Made by a program: the position numbers and the translations under genes. This document shows, one piece after another, positions 18,672 through 31,323 of a stretch of DNA of 64,000 bases. Source of the DNA: Podarcis muralis. Its lineage: Eukaryota. The stretch covers positions 54,560,001 to 54,624,000 of the forward strand of contig NC_135668.1 in NCBI RefSeq assembly GCF_964188315.1, in the 5' to 3' direction. The notes beneath the pieces are model-generated. The model had not been told where the DNA came from. It did not search any database and worked only from the letters and a program-made list of their open reading frames with translations. Each line of letters begins with the position of its first letter. Position 1 is the first letter of the stretch.

Positions 18672-19584
18672 CAGGGGAGGGGCCTCCCTGGGATCACCTG
18701 CTTTGTTCTCCCCTCTTAAATAAAAAAAGATGGCTTGGACCGTTACTCCATTCTCTTTGTAGGGCTGAGTTCATGGGAGGGGCGGCGGTTTTGAGGCTCA
18801 CTTGCTTCAAGTCAAACCACAAAGGGGGGAGACCTGGCAGCTCCAACCACAGATCACTCAAGTCTTGGGCAGTTATTTGCCTTGGACAAAGCTACAAAGC
18901 CCAAGGCTGTCAGTCATCCAAGCATAACATCTGCTTGCATGACCCAAAGGAGGGGAGAAGTCATACTTGGGAATTGGCCTGGGCCAGGAAGTGATTTTGA
19001 GCCTGTGTCCTGGTGGAACCCTGTAGCAATGTAGCCTACCTTCTACTCCAGGGGCTGCTGGCCAGCTCTGCCCCACCCCTTCAGGAACCCTGAAGAATGG
19101 GAGGTGACCAGCGTAGTAGCAAAGCCTCAGGCTCTCTTGCCAGATAAGGTCATAGGGCTGACAGCCTGGGGTATGACTACAGAACCAGGAAATGGGGACT
19201 TGCCTTGTTGCTTTGGATCTAACAGCTGGATGTAGGAAGCCACATCCTAGTATGTGGGGTCAAGCAGGCAAACTAGGGAAAGGTGCTAGTTCAATAGGAC
19301 GGCTTTCCTTTCTGAATCACCCCCTAGCAGCAGGGTTCAAGGATACAATTTCCCCTCCCCTCCCTCACCCAAGTAAAAGCTCAAGAATATTCTTCCACTT
19401 CTTGCATCCTTCCAGGTTGCTGTGACCTTTGAAAGGGAGAACAACAAATGGATGGATTCTAAAGATCTTTTTTACAGAGTGTATTTTACATTGATACAGA
19501 ATCACCTTGCAGGCCAAATGGCTCAGGAGGCTGCACGTGCCGTCTGTTAGCAAGTGAAGGGAGAGAGCTCCAGTCCGGGTGGAT

Positions 19585-19590
19585 TTTATT
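19585..19590 (-). other. DNAJA3: DNAJA3 polyadenylation signal AATAAA
   Basis: tttatt on +, about 960 nt downstream of the short-isoform stop codon. Confidence 0.5.
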
Positions 19591-20549
19591 GCAGGGTGGG
19601 GTAGGAATCTTAAAGCGGCCAAATAAGTAACAGCGACTGGATGCAGCAGCCACCTTCACACCCCCAGCAGTCCTGACTGCTTTGTGGCTCAGCTGTGCCC
19701 AGCCTCATGGCCAGCTCTTTCAGAGGCCAACGGGGCGCATTCTGCTCTCGCTTCCCCGCCATCTGTCCTCTTAGGCCAAAAGTGCAGAGGGATGCTTCAC
19801 ACACAGCAAATGCTATGGGACACGCCTTCTGAGCGCAGGTAAATGGGAAGAGGCACGTTGTTGTATTTGACTGCTGCTGTCCTACAAAAAAATGTTGCTG
19901 CGCGAAGCAGCTGCTCCCAGCACTGCAACCTCACGAGCTAGCAGCAGAGCAAAGGGGCAACTAATTCAGATGCGTTTCAGATGCAACAGATCTCCCTGCC
20001 TGCCCATGTGCAATGGAGGAATCCCCAACTGTTTACTTACAGCTGCTGCAGTCGAGAGAAGCCGCTCTCCTGAGGCCAGGCTGTGCCACAAAACTCCGAA
20101 GCCAAATTCCCCTGGCAGCCAAAAGAACTCGGGGTGCAGGGAACTCGTGGGCTCTCCACTGCCTCTCCGCTTTTTGGAGCGGGCTGGTGATCTCAGGAGC
20201 TCTCTGCGGGGCTTGTCAAAACCTCGGGAGAGCAGGACTGTTTGCTAAACAAGACGGGTGCCTGATTTTTGCTGTCCAGGTTCCCACTCGGTGGTCTGCA
20301 TCTGTCTGGAAAAGGAGGAGGGTCTTGTCCTCTCCAGGGAACCTGGAACCTTTTGCAGCTCCCGTAGGCGACATGGCAGAGGCCGCCCCTCCCAAGTCCT
20401 GCTTCCAGAGGCGAAAGCCTTCCACCTGCGCAGACGTCCTGCCAAGCAAGTTCCAGTGTCTCTGTCTAGGATTCTTCTTGCCAGGCTCCTGCGGTCGCTT
20501 CATTTCCAAGGAGGACGACACAGCCGCTCGACCGCTGCCACACATCACC

Positions 20550-20572
20550 CTAGTTTCCGGTAGAACGTTTCC
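20550..20572 (-). CDS. DNAJA3: DNAJA3 terminal exon coding the short-isoform (Tid1-S) end GKRSTGN*
   Basis: Polypyrimidine acceptor ttttggctccag|GG AAA CGT TCT ACC GGA AAC TAG. The phase matches the exon ending at 22654, and the peptide matches the known Tid1-S C-terminus KRSTGN. Confidence 0.9.
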
Positions 20573-21304
20573 CTGGAGCCAAAAGAAAAAGGGAAGTCTT
20601 ATTGCACTACAACTACAAGGAGCAGCTTGCTGGCAAGGGCTGCCCTCTCCCCATGGAAGTCAACAACCAGCTGTAGCCACAGAGAAGCCTCATCTCCCTG
20701 TGACTAGTGGCAGCTGTGGGCCTGCAGGTCAACCCCTCCAACCCTGACATCCTGGGTGCAGAGTGGGCCTCTGCCTGGTCGCAGTTTAAATGTGGGCTCC
20801 AGTCTTTTGAGACGCTTTGCCAGCATCCAGTGGCAGGCAGTTCCAAGGGTTCAGGGCCTCAAGTGGCAATCCTTTCCAGAAGGACTGCACCTATGCAATT
20901 CACAAATGAATCTTATGCATTCTACCGACACCCAAAGCCTTATGCCCTCGCGCAGCACCGTCACATGTGGCTTGCAGTAGTAGATGCAGCATCCAGTCTC
21001 TTGCGCCCCCACCATTTATTTGTGTGGCTGTTGGGTCGCCGTTGCAACCAAAATCTGGTGGGGTGGGACAGCAGAGAGGAGAGGAAGGCCCAGTTGGTCA
21101 AGGAAGGAAGCAGTGCAACAGGCAGAGCTGGCACCAGACCAGCTGCTGCTCTTTACGGGATTCTAGGGAGGGAAGAAGGGTCTCTGCTACCTTGTCCCCC
21201 TCAGCCAGAAAGGCTGCCCCACCCAGCTGCAAACACTTCTGTATCTGCTCAGCAGCAGTGAGCACAGAAGAACACAAGAGGCCTCCTACCTCTGGCGGGG
21301 CAAA

Positions 21305-24300
21305 TCAGGAGCTAAACATTTTCTTAAGTTTAGCTAGGAATCCCTCCTTGTCGTCCCCCTGGGCCTCGGGCCTCTCCTCGCCTGCCCCCGATCTAGTCGT
21401 CCCCCTGCCACCTAGACACAAACAGCAGAGAGCTGCGTCAGGATATGCAATTGTGAGATGGCGGTGCTGCTGCTGCCACCCATTGGCTCACCACACCTGG
21501 AAACATTTCCTGGCCCCTTGCCCAAGGAGGAGAGGCAAGGCCGGGGGAGGCATGCTCGTGCTGGAAGGCCTAACAAACTCATTTCGCTTCAGCCTGTGTT
21601 CCATGTATTGGAAGTGCCCTGGGATCAACCGAGAGGGACTTTTCCATTATACTGCTTTGCCAATGATGCTTCTTGGCCTCTGGCTTCTTGTTCTCGTGCC
21701 TAACTCTCATCTCCAGGCAGTATCTTTGCTGCTTCTCACAGCATCTGTTTGCAATTCCAATTCTATCTCTTAGATGCCAACTCTGCCAACCTGGTGCCCC
21801 TCCAGCCATTCTGGACTGCCAACCCCATGAACTCCAGGGTCCTGTGGCTGTGCTCCCAGGGGCCGATGGACAATGCAGACCAAAGCATCTGGGGGCCACC
21901 TGCGTGGTAACGGCTGCCTGGCTCTTTGGTCTCCTTTCTGTCACTCAGCTGCGTCAGGAAAGACAGTCCAGCTCCTTTAAACCCAGACATGAGGAACTCG
22001 TGGTCCCCTAAATCTTGCTGGACTATGGCTTCTATCATCCCTGACCGCTGGCTATGCTGGCTCCTAGGGCTGATGGGAACTGAAGTCCAACATCTGGAGG
22101 CCAGATCTTTACAAGGCAGTTGTGCAAGGAAGGGCATAAACAGCCTCTCCAAGGGCCCCACCCCTTTCCTTTATAGCCTAGGCCTTCAAATCCAAATCAT
22201 ACTGTACCCCCTATCAGGGAAAATGTCACAAGGAGACCAAGAATGTGAAGATAACTACTTTAAAAAAATCCAGGCTGTCTGAAATGCCTCTTACTACATC
22301 CTGTGTCCTCTGGTCCCAAAATCAATACCCGCCTCTTCCTTTTTAAGGGAGAATCGCAATCCTTTAGCTTAAGATGAGAGCTGGCAGGTAAGGAGATGCT
22401 AAGAGATGCCACCTGATCCCTCCCCCAAGTGAGGACCACAACACAACCAGACTCGTTCCTTGTGGCATCCAGCAATGCAAAGAGACCCCCATTCCAGCAG
22501 GAGCGCAGGTCACACCACTGCCATTGCAGCTAGGCCACGTAAGTCCCATGTTGCCCAGCTCAATAACATCGTAAGCACCACATTGCATTTAATGAGGTGG
22601 CGGGAGGGTCCCCTGCCGCCTCCAAGCGCCCCACCTTGCAGGGCTCCACTTACCAGTGGCTGTATTGGTGACGCCATTCACGGTCCCTTCCACTTCGGTT
22701 TCGTCTTCTGCATAGCTCAGCATCAAGGCTCGCTGGCGGTCTGTCAGCCTCCTGCAGCACAAAGGGGGGAAAGGGCTACCTTGGAGGCATCCACTCGGCA
22801 GGAAGGCTCACGATCCTGGGAAAAACTTGAACCGCCTAATGAACACGCCTACAAGCTAAAGGCAGCCTCTTCCCCTGGTGTCTGCCAGGCTTCCCAAAGC
22901 CACCTTCCTGCAGCGCTGGATCCTCTCTTTAAAACCCAGGTGCCTCTTCCCAATGAGGGCTCACTAATAACCCATTATATACTGCTTAAGACAAAAAGGG
23001 GTGTGGCCGGAGGAGAGGTGGACTTCCTCCCCTGTATCCATCATTCCCTGCTACATCTCCCAAAACAAAGGCCACTTTGCATTTTGCACCGTTGCATGTC
23101 TAACATGCTCCTGCTGAACGCCACCATCCCCCAAAAGCCTCCCCCCACTTACTTGGGAACTTTGATCTTTATGTGAATATAGTGGTCGCCGTAACCGTAA
23201 CTGTTAACTCTGGGAATGCCTTTCCCACTCATCCGAATCTTCTGGTCAGCTTGAATGCCTGGGGGGATCTGGCAGAGAGGTGGAGGAGCAGGGTTTATTC
23301 AGCATTTTGCATACAACCATGTGTCTGGTTCTATTTATTTCTCCAGGGAGCCCCCCCCTCCAACCAGACAAAGAGAATTCAATTTAAAATAAGCACGGCT
23401 CCCACAGGAGTGTGTAGGCAGCCAGTCAAGAGACAGGAGAGGCAAAGGAGAAAGGATAACAGCCGACACAGATCCAGGATGCAATTCTAAATATGCTTAT
23501 TAGGGAGCAAGCACAAGTGATCACAGTGGGATTTACGGAGTAACATGTGCAGGATTGTGCTGTGCAAGTCAGAGGAGGGACACTGTGGCAACATGCTCAC
23601 CACATGCAGAGTCCTGCAGCAGAAGACCAGGGCAGTGAGAGCATACAGTGCTTGACACAGACTTCCATTTGGATGCAGTAAACATAGTAAGATGAACAGG
23701 GCGCCCTACTCCATAGGCTGGGAGATCCCGGCCATCCAGGCTGAGCTCTCTGGAGCGAGACACCTGAGCCGTATCACCAACTGACAAGGACCAGAAGGCG
23801 CAGCCATACAGACCACCCGCGTGCTCCCCGTCATCAAGGGACCTGCTGCTACATACCGCAATGCTGATTGTCTCGTACAGACCAGGAGACCTGGCTGTGC
23901 CGCCGAGGACAGCTTGTGCTATGGAGACATAGAGGTCCGAGTGGATGTCTGCACCGTCCCTCCGGAACGTAGAGCTCTTCTGAACCTGAATCCAGAAAGA
24001 GGGTACAGTTCATGGAGGAGGCGGCAGCAGACGGGTGCAGTCTTCAAACAGGGCAGAGAATCATGGGAACCCAGACAAATACGCACCCGGAAGGTAATGA
24101 AGATTTCCCTCTTTCCTACAGGCATCCGAACTGTCTGTCCATCCTCCACACCTGAAGCCAGAGCAAGAGTGTAGTAAACAAGGGCATTCCCCTGGTACTT
24201 CGTGCTTGTTTCTCATCCGCTATAGGATTCTTAAATCCTCAGCAGCCCACCTTTGCAAAGGCCCACTCCACCCCAGCCCTCCCTTGATCCATTCTGCAGG

Positions 24301-27300
24301 AAGCAGCTGTTGTTCCTCTGCTCTGACCCAACCAAGCTTCAGGAAAGCATGGCAGCAGCCACCCCATCTAATGAAGAACCCAAACAAGGCAGAGCATGCT
24401 GACCTGCGGGAACTGGGACCATCACCACCTTCTTCTGCTTGGTCTGCCCAGAGCCGCGACACATCACACAGGGGGTCGTCATAACTGAGCCACGCCCGCC
24501 ACATCGCCGGCATGTAGAACGCATGACAAAGGGACCTGTGTTGATTGTCTCCTATGGGGGGGGGGGGAGAGAAGATGCAGAGAGAGGTGATGCCTTTCTG
24601 GGCATTTTTGCAAGCGGGGATTCTTTCTTCGGCATTTTCTAGGTGTGGGAGTCTCCAGTGGCTGATGACTCCCAATGAATCTATATCAAGCAAGCGAAGG
24701 AGGAAAGCTCTCTGCCCTCCTCCGAAAAGCAAAGTTGTCCAGTTGGCACAGGCAGGAGGCTCCGCACAGCAGCGAGGTGAGCAGAGCCTGCTTTCCTCTG
24801 CGTTGTGACCTATCAGTACACTTACCATGCCAGTGCCATTGCAGTAGTGGCAGTGTTGCACTTTGGTGCCCGGCTCGTGCCCTTTGCCATCACAGCGCTG
24901 GCAGGTGTCGTTGATGTTCACTTGAATCTCCTTGTTGACACCCTTGGCAGCCTGGTTGAATGTCAGTTCCATGATATACTAAAGAGAGAGAGGGAGCAAA
25001 GGCAGCCATCACTCAATGCCCAGGCAAAGATCAGGGCCAGCTATTTTGACTCGTCATTTTGCACACAGCAGAAGACAGTGATGTGGGGCGAAATGTTTCC
25101 CTGTTTTAGGAATGGCCCTGTCTCATAAATAGTGCAATTGTAAATATTAAATCAGGCATTTAATGAATTACTACTTACAAATCAAATTGGACAACTGGGT
25201 AGTCAAAACTAGAATCCCAGTTATAATGAACTTTTTCCAAGTAACTTTCCCTTAAAAGCTACACATGCAGACAGATTGTTATGCTCACTTCCTGGGGCTG
25301 GTCAAAGGCAGTGTGGAAGTCTCCAAAAGGGGACCCTGAAAACTCCCCAAAGATCTTCCTGAACAGCTCCTCTGGATCCACAGACGGGCCGCCACGCCAA
25401 TATTGTTGCCCGGATCCTGCTGAGCTTGCATCGAAACCGGCTGTCCCGTAAGTATCAAACTGTTTCCGTTTCACTTCATCGCCTAAGACCTACAAGGAAG
25501 GAAGATGAGGGCTTTATTTTTGCCTCACAGAGCTAACATGGCTAGATTGTGAAGCCGTGATGCCATTCTGAGCAATGGGACCACTCCTAAAGGAGCCCAC
25601 CATCACCCCCCTTGAAAAAACAGCCCCCACGTTACCTCGTAGGCTTCAGCCAGTTGCGAGAACTTCTCCTTCGCTTTAGGGTCATCTTTGTTCGTGTCCG
25701 GGTGGTATTTCTTGGCAAGCTAAGCAAAAAGACCCAAATGTGAAGATGAAGCACAAGGGAATCACTGTCATCGCTGCTTCTTTTTGTTACTGATTACAAG
25801 ATTGTATCTCAAGTCAACTGCATTATGCTCAAGTTAGAAGAGTATGGCATCACTCAAATTTTATACCATGCGACAAGGAGGGTTTAAGAGTAACAAATAA
25901 CAAGAGCATCATAAATCCAAACTAATTCCCAAAATAATATGGTAACACATATGGTGTTAAAGGTAAAAACTTTCAAAATAAGCTGGTTGATGTAAAGGAA
26001 AATAATTTTTTTGGCTTCTATTGTAACATGGAAACACAGTGGCCTTTCAAAAATAATCACTATTTCTAGCTATGGTCAGATGATGCAATCTGATGAAATA
26101 TCTGTGAAAATGGGAGGTTATAGGTCTATTACCACTATGGCTTAAATCTCAAAAGCATACATAGGATAAATAGGACTCCAGCTGCATTAGAAAAATATTT
26201 ACAATTTCACTGGAAGCAAAGAATTACTACCCAAAATCAATATCAATTAATGAAAGGTGGTGCCCTCCCTCTTGAGATACAATTGGTACTGATCAGTGAG
26301 CTTTCAGTACCAAATGAAAAAGAAAAACCCTATTCCAGCAGGTCTTTATGGTTTAGGTTTTGCCTGCAGGTCTGTTGCTACTGATGCTCTTGTTGCAGTT
26401 TTATCTACTCTTTTCACTTTTCAGAGTTATTGGTACATTTAGAAGAGCTCATCAGCCTGACTGCCCACCTGTCCACATGCTGAGACACATGGTCCACAGC
26501 TGAAGTGTATATGAAGCCTTTCTTTAACCTTGAGGTGTCAGGATGCCACCAATCTCAAGTGTGCAGAGGTTCTGTCCCCCCCCCCCCCCGGGAATGGATA
26601 TGCCCACAGAATTTCTTTTAAACAAAAGCTGAGAAAGAGCTGTTCATAAAAGATGTGCCCTTACTAGGAAGAATCTGTTTCCTAGGCATCAAAACACAAA
26701 GCTATCCTCAGCCAGTTCTTTTTACATAAAATAATTCAGATACTAATCATTCTCTTTCCTTTTTCGCTTAGTAAGGCCTTCGAAAGTGGACTTCCTTTGT
26801 CTATTCTAATCAAGACGAAAACCAAAAGCAGCAGTTAAGAAAGCAGATGCCTGTGGCAGACAAGTTGAAAAAGTAATTGGGGAACAGATGCTGCAGACAA
26901 AAGGCTGGAAATATCCTGATAAGAGTGTGACACAGAGTGCTGTGTAGGCAAAGCTCTACCATTTCCATTCCGAGAAATACATACCTGCAGGTGGACTTCT
27001 AATAAGAAGGGACCCTTGATTTTTAAAAAATAGAAAAACCTGGGACCCTTTACTTCAAAGCAACAAACATGGTTGCTCTTTCAACCACTATGGACCAGTT
27101 TGCTTCTCTCAAACTGGTCAATCACGTTAGAATGTCCTTCTCCACCATTTCCTAATACTTTAAAAAACCTCCTCTCCACTAGCCTATCCCTTCCTAAAGG
27201 CCACTCAAAAATTATCATGATTATTATATGCTTATTTGTACCCCACCTTTTCCCCTGAGGGGGCTCAGAAAGCATAAGGCACTGCAGTTAAACATTTGTA

Positions 27301-28559
27301 CGCTGATGCCCTGCAGAAGAGGACAAATGGAACATGCCGGCACCCTGTAACTCCAATGCTACCTTCCTGTTTCGAGAAACATATTTTCTCAAAGACATTT
27401 CTTTTCAGCAAACATGCCTGGTAATAGGCCTTCTTGATCTCCTTCTGGCTGGCATTTCGAGGCACCCCCAGGATCTGGTAATAGTCCTCTTTGGCACAGC
27501 TTGCAGGGCTGGTATGAAACGAGGCAGCGCAGGCAAGAGGATGATGTATCACGCCTGCAAAAGAACAAAATGGGGTTTTAGGACAACAGACTGTCTCGTT
27601 CTTAGCTGTGTGGTCTGTGCAAAAAGCGCCACGAGTCCTTTGGAATTCAGGACACCAATCGGAACAATCCCCCTATCCTAGTCAGCCGGAACTTGGGCAC
27701 CGTACCTGCCTAACCAAAGTCCATAGGTAAATGAGTAATGGATGTGTTTAAAACCTGCCTTTTCTCCTTCAGCCAACCCAACAAGCACGGATACCGGCCT
27801 CATGTCCATTTAAAACTGCACAGCAATAATTACATGCCAAGGATCCTAGGACCCGTAAGGCACCGGTGCTGCCACAAGTCACACAGTTGGCTGTGTCCTT
27901 GGAGATAAAGGTCTGATTTCTCTAGGAGAGCTGCATTCCCACAACACCTGGAGGACACGGGGGTTGCAGAAGGGTGTCCTAGAGCAGTGATGGCCAAACT
28001 TGGCCCTCCAGCTGTTTGGGGACTACAATTCCCATCATCCCTGACCACTGGTCCTGTTAACTAGGGAAGATGGGAGTTGTAGTCCAAAAACAGCTGGAGA
28101 GCCAATTTTGGCCATCACTGTCCTAGAGGGAAAGGGTCGCTGGCCAGGAGCTTGCAGAATAGGGCCAAAAGGGCCCGATCTCGTCCTGCTCTCACCGCGG
28201 CCGACCAGTGCCCCTTGTGCGGAGCCAAGAAGCGGAAGCCCAAGAGCTCCGGCAACCCCCATGCGGAAGCACCGAATGCCTCCTCCGTGAATCTCTCCCC
28301 CCTTCTAAAGCCACCCCCCCATGCTGCCGCTTCTCTCCAGTGGCAGGGAGTTCCACCGGCGGTGCCCCGTGACGTCACGCGCGCCCTCACCGGCGCCTCC
28401 TCCGAGCCGCCGGGTCGCGGGGGGCCAGGCGGGGCCCGCGCTCAGCCAGCGCGCCACGCGCAGCGCCAGCAGCCTCCGCCGGGCCTCGGCGCTGCCCAGC
28501 CGGCTTCCCCCGCCAACGGTCGCCGACAGCCGCAGCGAGGCGCGCACCGCCGCCGCCAT
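21305..28559 (-). CDS. DNAJA3: DnaJ homolog subfamily A member 3 (Tid1), long isoform 468 aa, 11 coding exons
   Basis: Exons 28559-28391, 27554-27418, 25719-25636 (KKYHPD), 25489-25289, 24978-24826, 24551-24404, 24151-24087, 23985-23857, 23268-23153, 22751-22654 and 21411-21305 (...[13 protein letters not shown]). J domain with HPD and four CxxCxGxG motifs; the total is 1407 nt. Intron 2 needs a GC donor. Confidence 0.96.
27985..28120. mobile_element. hAT (Charlie-like) MITE
   Basis: TIRs CAGTGATGGCCAAA / TTTTGGCCATCACTG with 8-bp TSD TCCTAGAG (27977-27984, 28121-28128). Confidence 0.85.
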
Positions 28560-28910
28560 CTTGGGCCGCCGGGAGACACCGCGCAGGCGCAGGAGAGGCC
28601 GCCGGGCACGAGAGCGCCGTTTGCGCAGGCGCAGGGGGGCGGGAGGCGGGGCGGCCCTACTGCGCGTGCGCCCGCTCGCTCGCCCGCCGCCCCGAGACCT
28701 TCCTTAGCGGTCACTCTACGCCGCGGCGCCCTGGTCTCCGGGTTGCTCCTGGGTCCTAGCGCCGCCCCGCTCCAGGCTTCGCTGTGCAAGCGCAAAGGGC
28801 ACGAAGAGCTCTGTGGCGTCGGGAAGACGAGCGCGTTGGTGCCGGCGGGAAGAGCTTTCGTGGGCGGTTCTTTCCTTTGCAGCTTAGGAGAAAGAGCCAG
28901 CGGCTACGCG
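28150..28910 (-). promoter_or_regulatory. DNAJA3: DNAJA3 CpG-island promoter
   Basis: CpG-dense with GC boxes. NRF1-like GCGCAGGCGCA at 28581-28591 and TGCGCAGGCGCA at 28622-28633. Confidence 0.7.
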
Positions 28911-28939
28911 GATACATACATACATACATACATACATAC

Positions 28940-29445
28940 ATGTTGTTGTTGTTGTTGTTGTTGTTGTTTAGTCGTGTCCAACTCTTCATGACCCCCTGGA
29001 CCAGAGCACGCCAGGCACTCCTGTCTTCCACTGCCTCCCACAGTTTGGTCAAACTCATGCTGGTAGCTTCAAGAACACTGTCCCACCATCTCGTCCTCTG
29101 TCGCCCCTTCTCCTTGTGCCCTCCATCTTTCCCAACATCAGGGTCTTTTCCAGGGAGTCTTCTCTTCTCATGAGGTGGCCAAAGGACTGGAGCCTCAGCT
29201 TCACGATCTGTCCTTCCAGTGAGCACTCAGGGCTGATTTCCTTAAGAATGGATGCGTTTGATCTTCTTGCAGTCCATGGGACTCTCAAGAGTCTCCTCCA
29301 GCACCATAATTCAAAAGCATCAATTCTTTGGCGATCAGCCTTCGTTATGGTCCAGCTCTCACTTCCATACATCACTACTGGGAAAACCATGGCTTTAACT
29401 ATACGGACCTTTGTCGGCAAGGATGTCTCTGCTTTTTAAGATGCA
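28940..29445 (-). mobile_element. RTE-BovB LINE 3' fragment
   Basis: Encodes MVFPVVMYGSESWTITKADRQRIDAFELWCWRRLLRVPWTARRSN, has a (CAA)n tail and is flanked by CATA repeats. Confidence 0.92.
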
Positions 29446-29889
29446 TGCATACATACATATCTGGCCGAGGGAAGCTGCAGGAAGAGGAACCGGCGAGATC
29501 AGGCGCGTGTGTCTCCACTGGGTCTGGATCTCGCCTCGTCCCCCTTGGAGCTACCAGTCGGGAGGGCCCGGGTGCCCGGCGGACACGTCGGAAGGGAGTC
29601 GGGGCGGCTGACTTTTGCGCGCGATGAGCGCCGTCTGGCGGGGACGCCTGCCCGGGCAGAGGCTCTCTGAAGGCGAGGGAAGGGGTGGGGGGCGTGCCGT
29701 GGCTCCAACGGAGGCCGCCCTGCTGGGTCTGCGATGGGGACGGAACTGGGGCATTTGGGGAGGGGACGGAGGTGCGAGGAAGAGGGAGCAGGCAGCTGCG
29801 CTAGGCTGTGTCCTGCCCGCCCCGTCTAAGATTACTGGCCACGGCTTCAGAATCGCCCCGTTCCGCTACTAGTGTTTCTCAAACTTGAG

Positions 29890-30290
29890 TCCCCACTACG
29901 CTATTCCGAATGGAAAGCGTAATGCTGGTGGTCAGTAAAAGAGGTTTAAAGACTCTCTCAAGGCAAATCTAAAAAAAAGAGTAGCATAAACACCGACAAC
30001 TGGGAAAATACTGGTCTGCGAGCGCTCTAGTTGGAGAACAGCTTTGACCAAAGGTGTTGAAGACACTCGAACTCAGGACGCAAGGGAGAAAGGTGCTAAG
30101 AGGAAGGCATGCTTGGCAAATCCACACCGTGAGCGACCCCCGCCCAGAAACCAATGTCCCCACTGTGGAAGGACGTGTGGGTCCAGAATTGGCCTCCACA
30201 GTCACTTACGGACTCATTGTTAAGACCGTGTTGATGGAAGAGTCTTCCAGGAAGACCATCTTCCTCGGCTACGAGGTGTCGCCAAGGAAG
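29890..30290 (+). mobile_element. RTE-clade LINE 3' end with C2H2 finger remnant
   Basis: Frame fragments GKRNAGGQ*KRFKDSLKANL and CPHCGRTCGSRIGLHSHLRTHC*. Confidence 0.7.
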
Positions 30291-31239
30291 CAGGACTACA
30301 ACTCCCATCAACCCTAGCTAGCAGGACCAGAGTTCAGGGATGATGGGAATTGTAGTCCGACGGCAGCTGGAAGCCCCAGTTTGACCGACGGTTTGGCCTT
30401 CAGACGGAGGCGATCGCGGGTTGCTGTTGTGGGGCGAGAGGAGCTGCCCCTCGGCTTTCCGACGCCCTCCTTGCTTCCATCTCCAAGCTCTGACCTCCGG
30501 ACCCAGCAGCAGCCCGCACAAGACCCTCCTGTCTCGCCCAGCGCCCTCTCGTGGGGTGAGGGGCAGAGGGGGACTCTTCCCCCCCAACTGATTTCGGGGA
30601 AGAAGTTCTGCGCCCCAAGGAGCCCCACTCCATGCCCTGGCGGGGACGGGGGTGTATATTCGCTTAGTGGAAGGACCCCGCCCTTCTGTCAGCGGCTGTA
30701 TTTCCATATGTTGCTCAGTTCCAGGGATCCCTCAGTGGTCATCATTCCCACCCCACCTGGGTTCACTTTCCGCTGGGGCAACAGTCCTATGGGGTGGGGA
30801 GAGACGACGACGCAGACAGGCCAGGTCTCCCGTCACCCTCCCTCCCTACGGTCAGGAGAGTCGTTGGTGGGAGCCTTATACCCAGGGGAGAAAAAAGGAT
30901 CTTACTGAAGGCCTGGCCGCCCCTCACTAAAGCCCCCCTCGCTCGAGGAACAACGCTCGCTGCCCCATTTGAAGAGAAGGTCTGAAGGCTCCTGCGCGCC
31001 CCCTTCCCGATCTCCAAGGGAATACAGCGAAGAGGCTGCTCCAAGGCTTATTAGGAAGGAGCCCGAGGCTCGCGCCCTGAAGATGGTCAGCAAGAGGGCT
31101 TTCATCCCTTCTTTGGACTCCCTCATCACCTTTGAGCTCTTCTCCAGAATAGAAGTTCACAGTGCTGAGTCCAGAGCCTCCCCCCCCAACCCTGCCCTCC
31201 CCCAAAAAAGTGAGGCGCAGCAGAGAGTGGTTCATGCGT

Positions 31240-31245
31240 TTTATT
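31240..31245 (-). other. HBAD: Globin polyadenylation signal AATAAA
   Basis: tttatt on +, about 80 nt downstream of the globin stop codon. Confidence 0.85.
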
Positions 31246-31323
31246 GCTCAATAACACAGCGGAAGCGGAGCGCTCTAGATCCAGAGCCAAATGGCAGCTC
31301 CGAGGGGGCGGGCGGCGGGGGGC

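Noticed and set aside
27706-27815. Possible extra DNAJA3 exon (AG...GT bounded, 110 nt)
   Set aside because: Stops occur in all three frames, and exon 1 (phase 1) joins the 27554 exon directly.
30902-31129. Minus-strand ORF with ALLLTIFR, faintly like a globin G helix (GbY remnant?)
   Set aside because: No heme-binding motifs, no fitting exon sizes or phases, and the similarity is too short to support.
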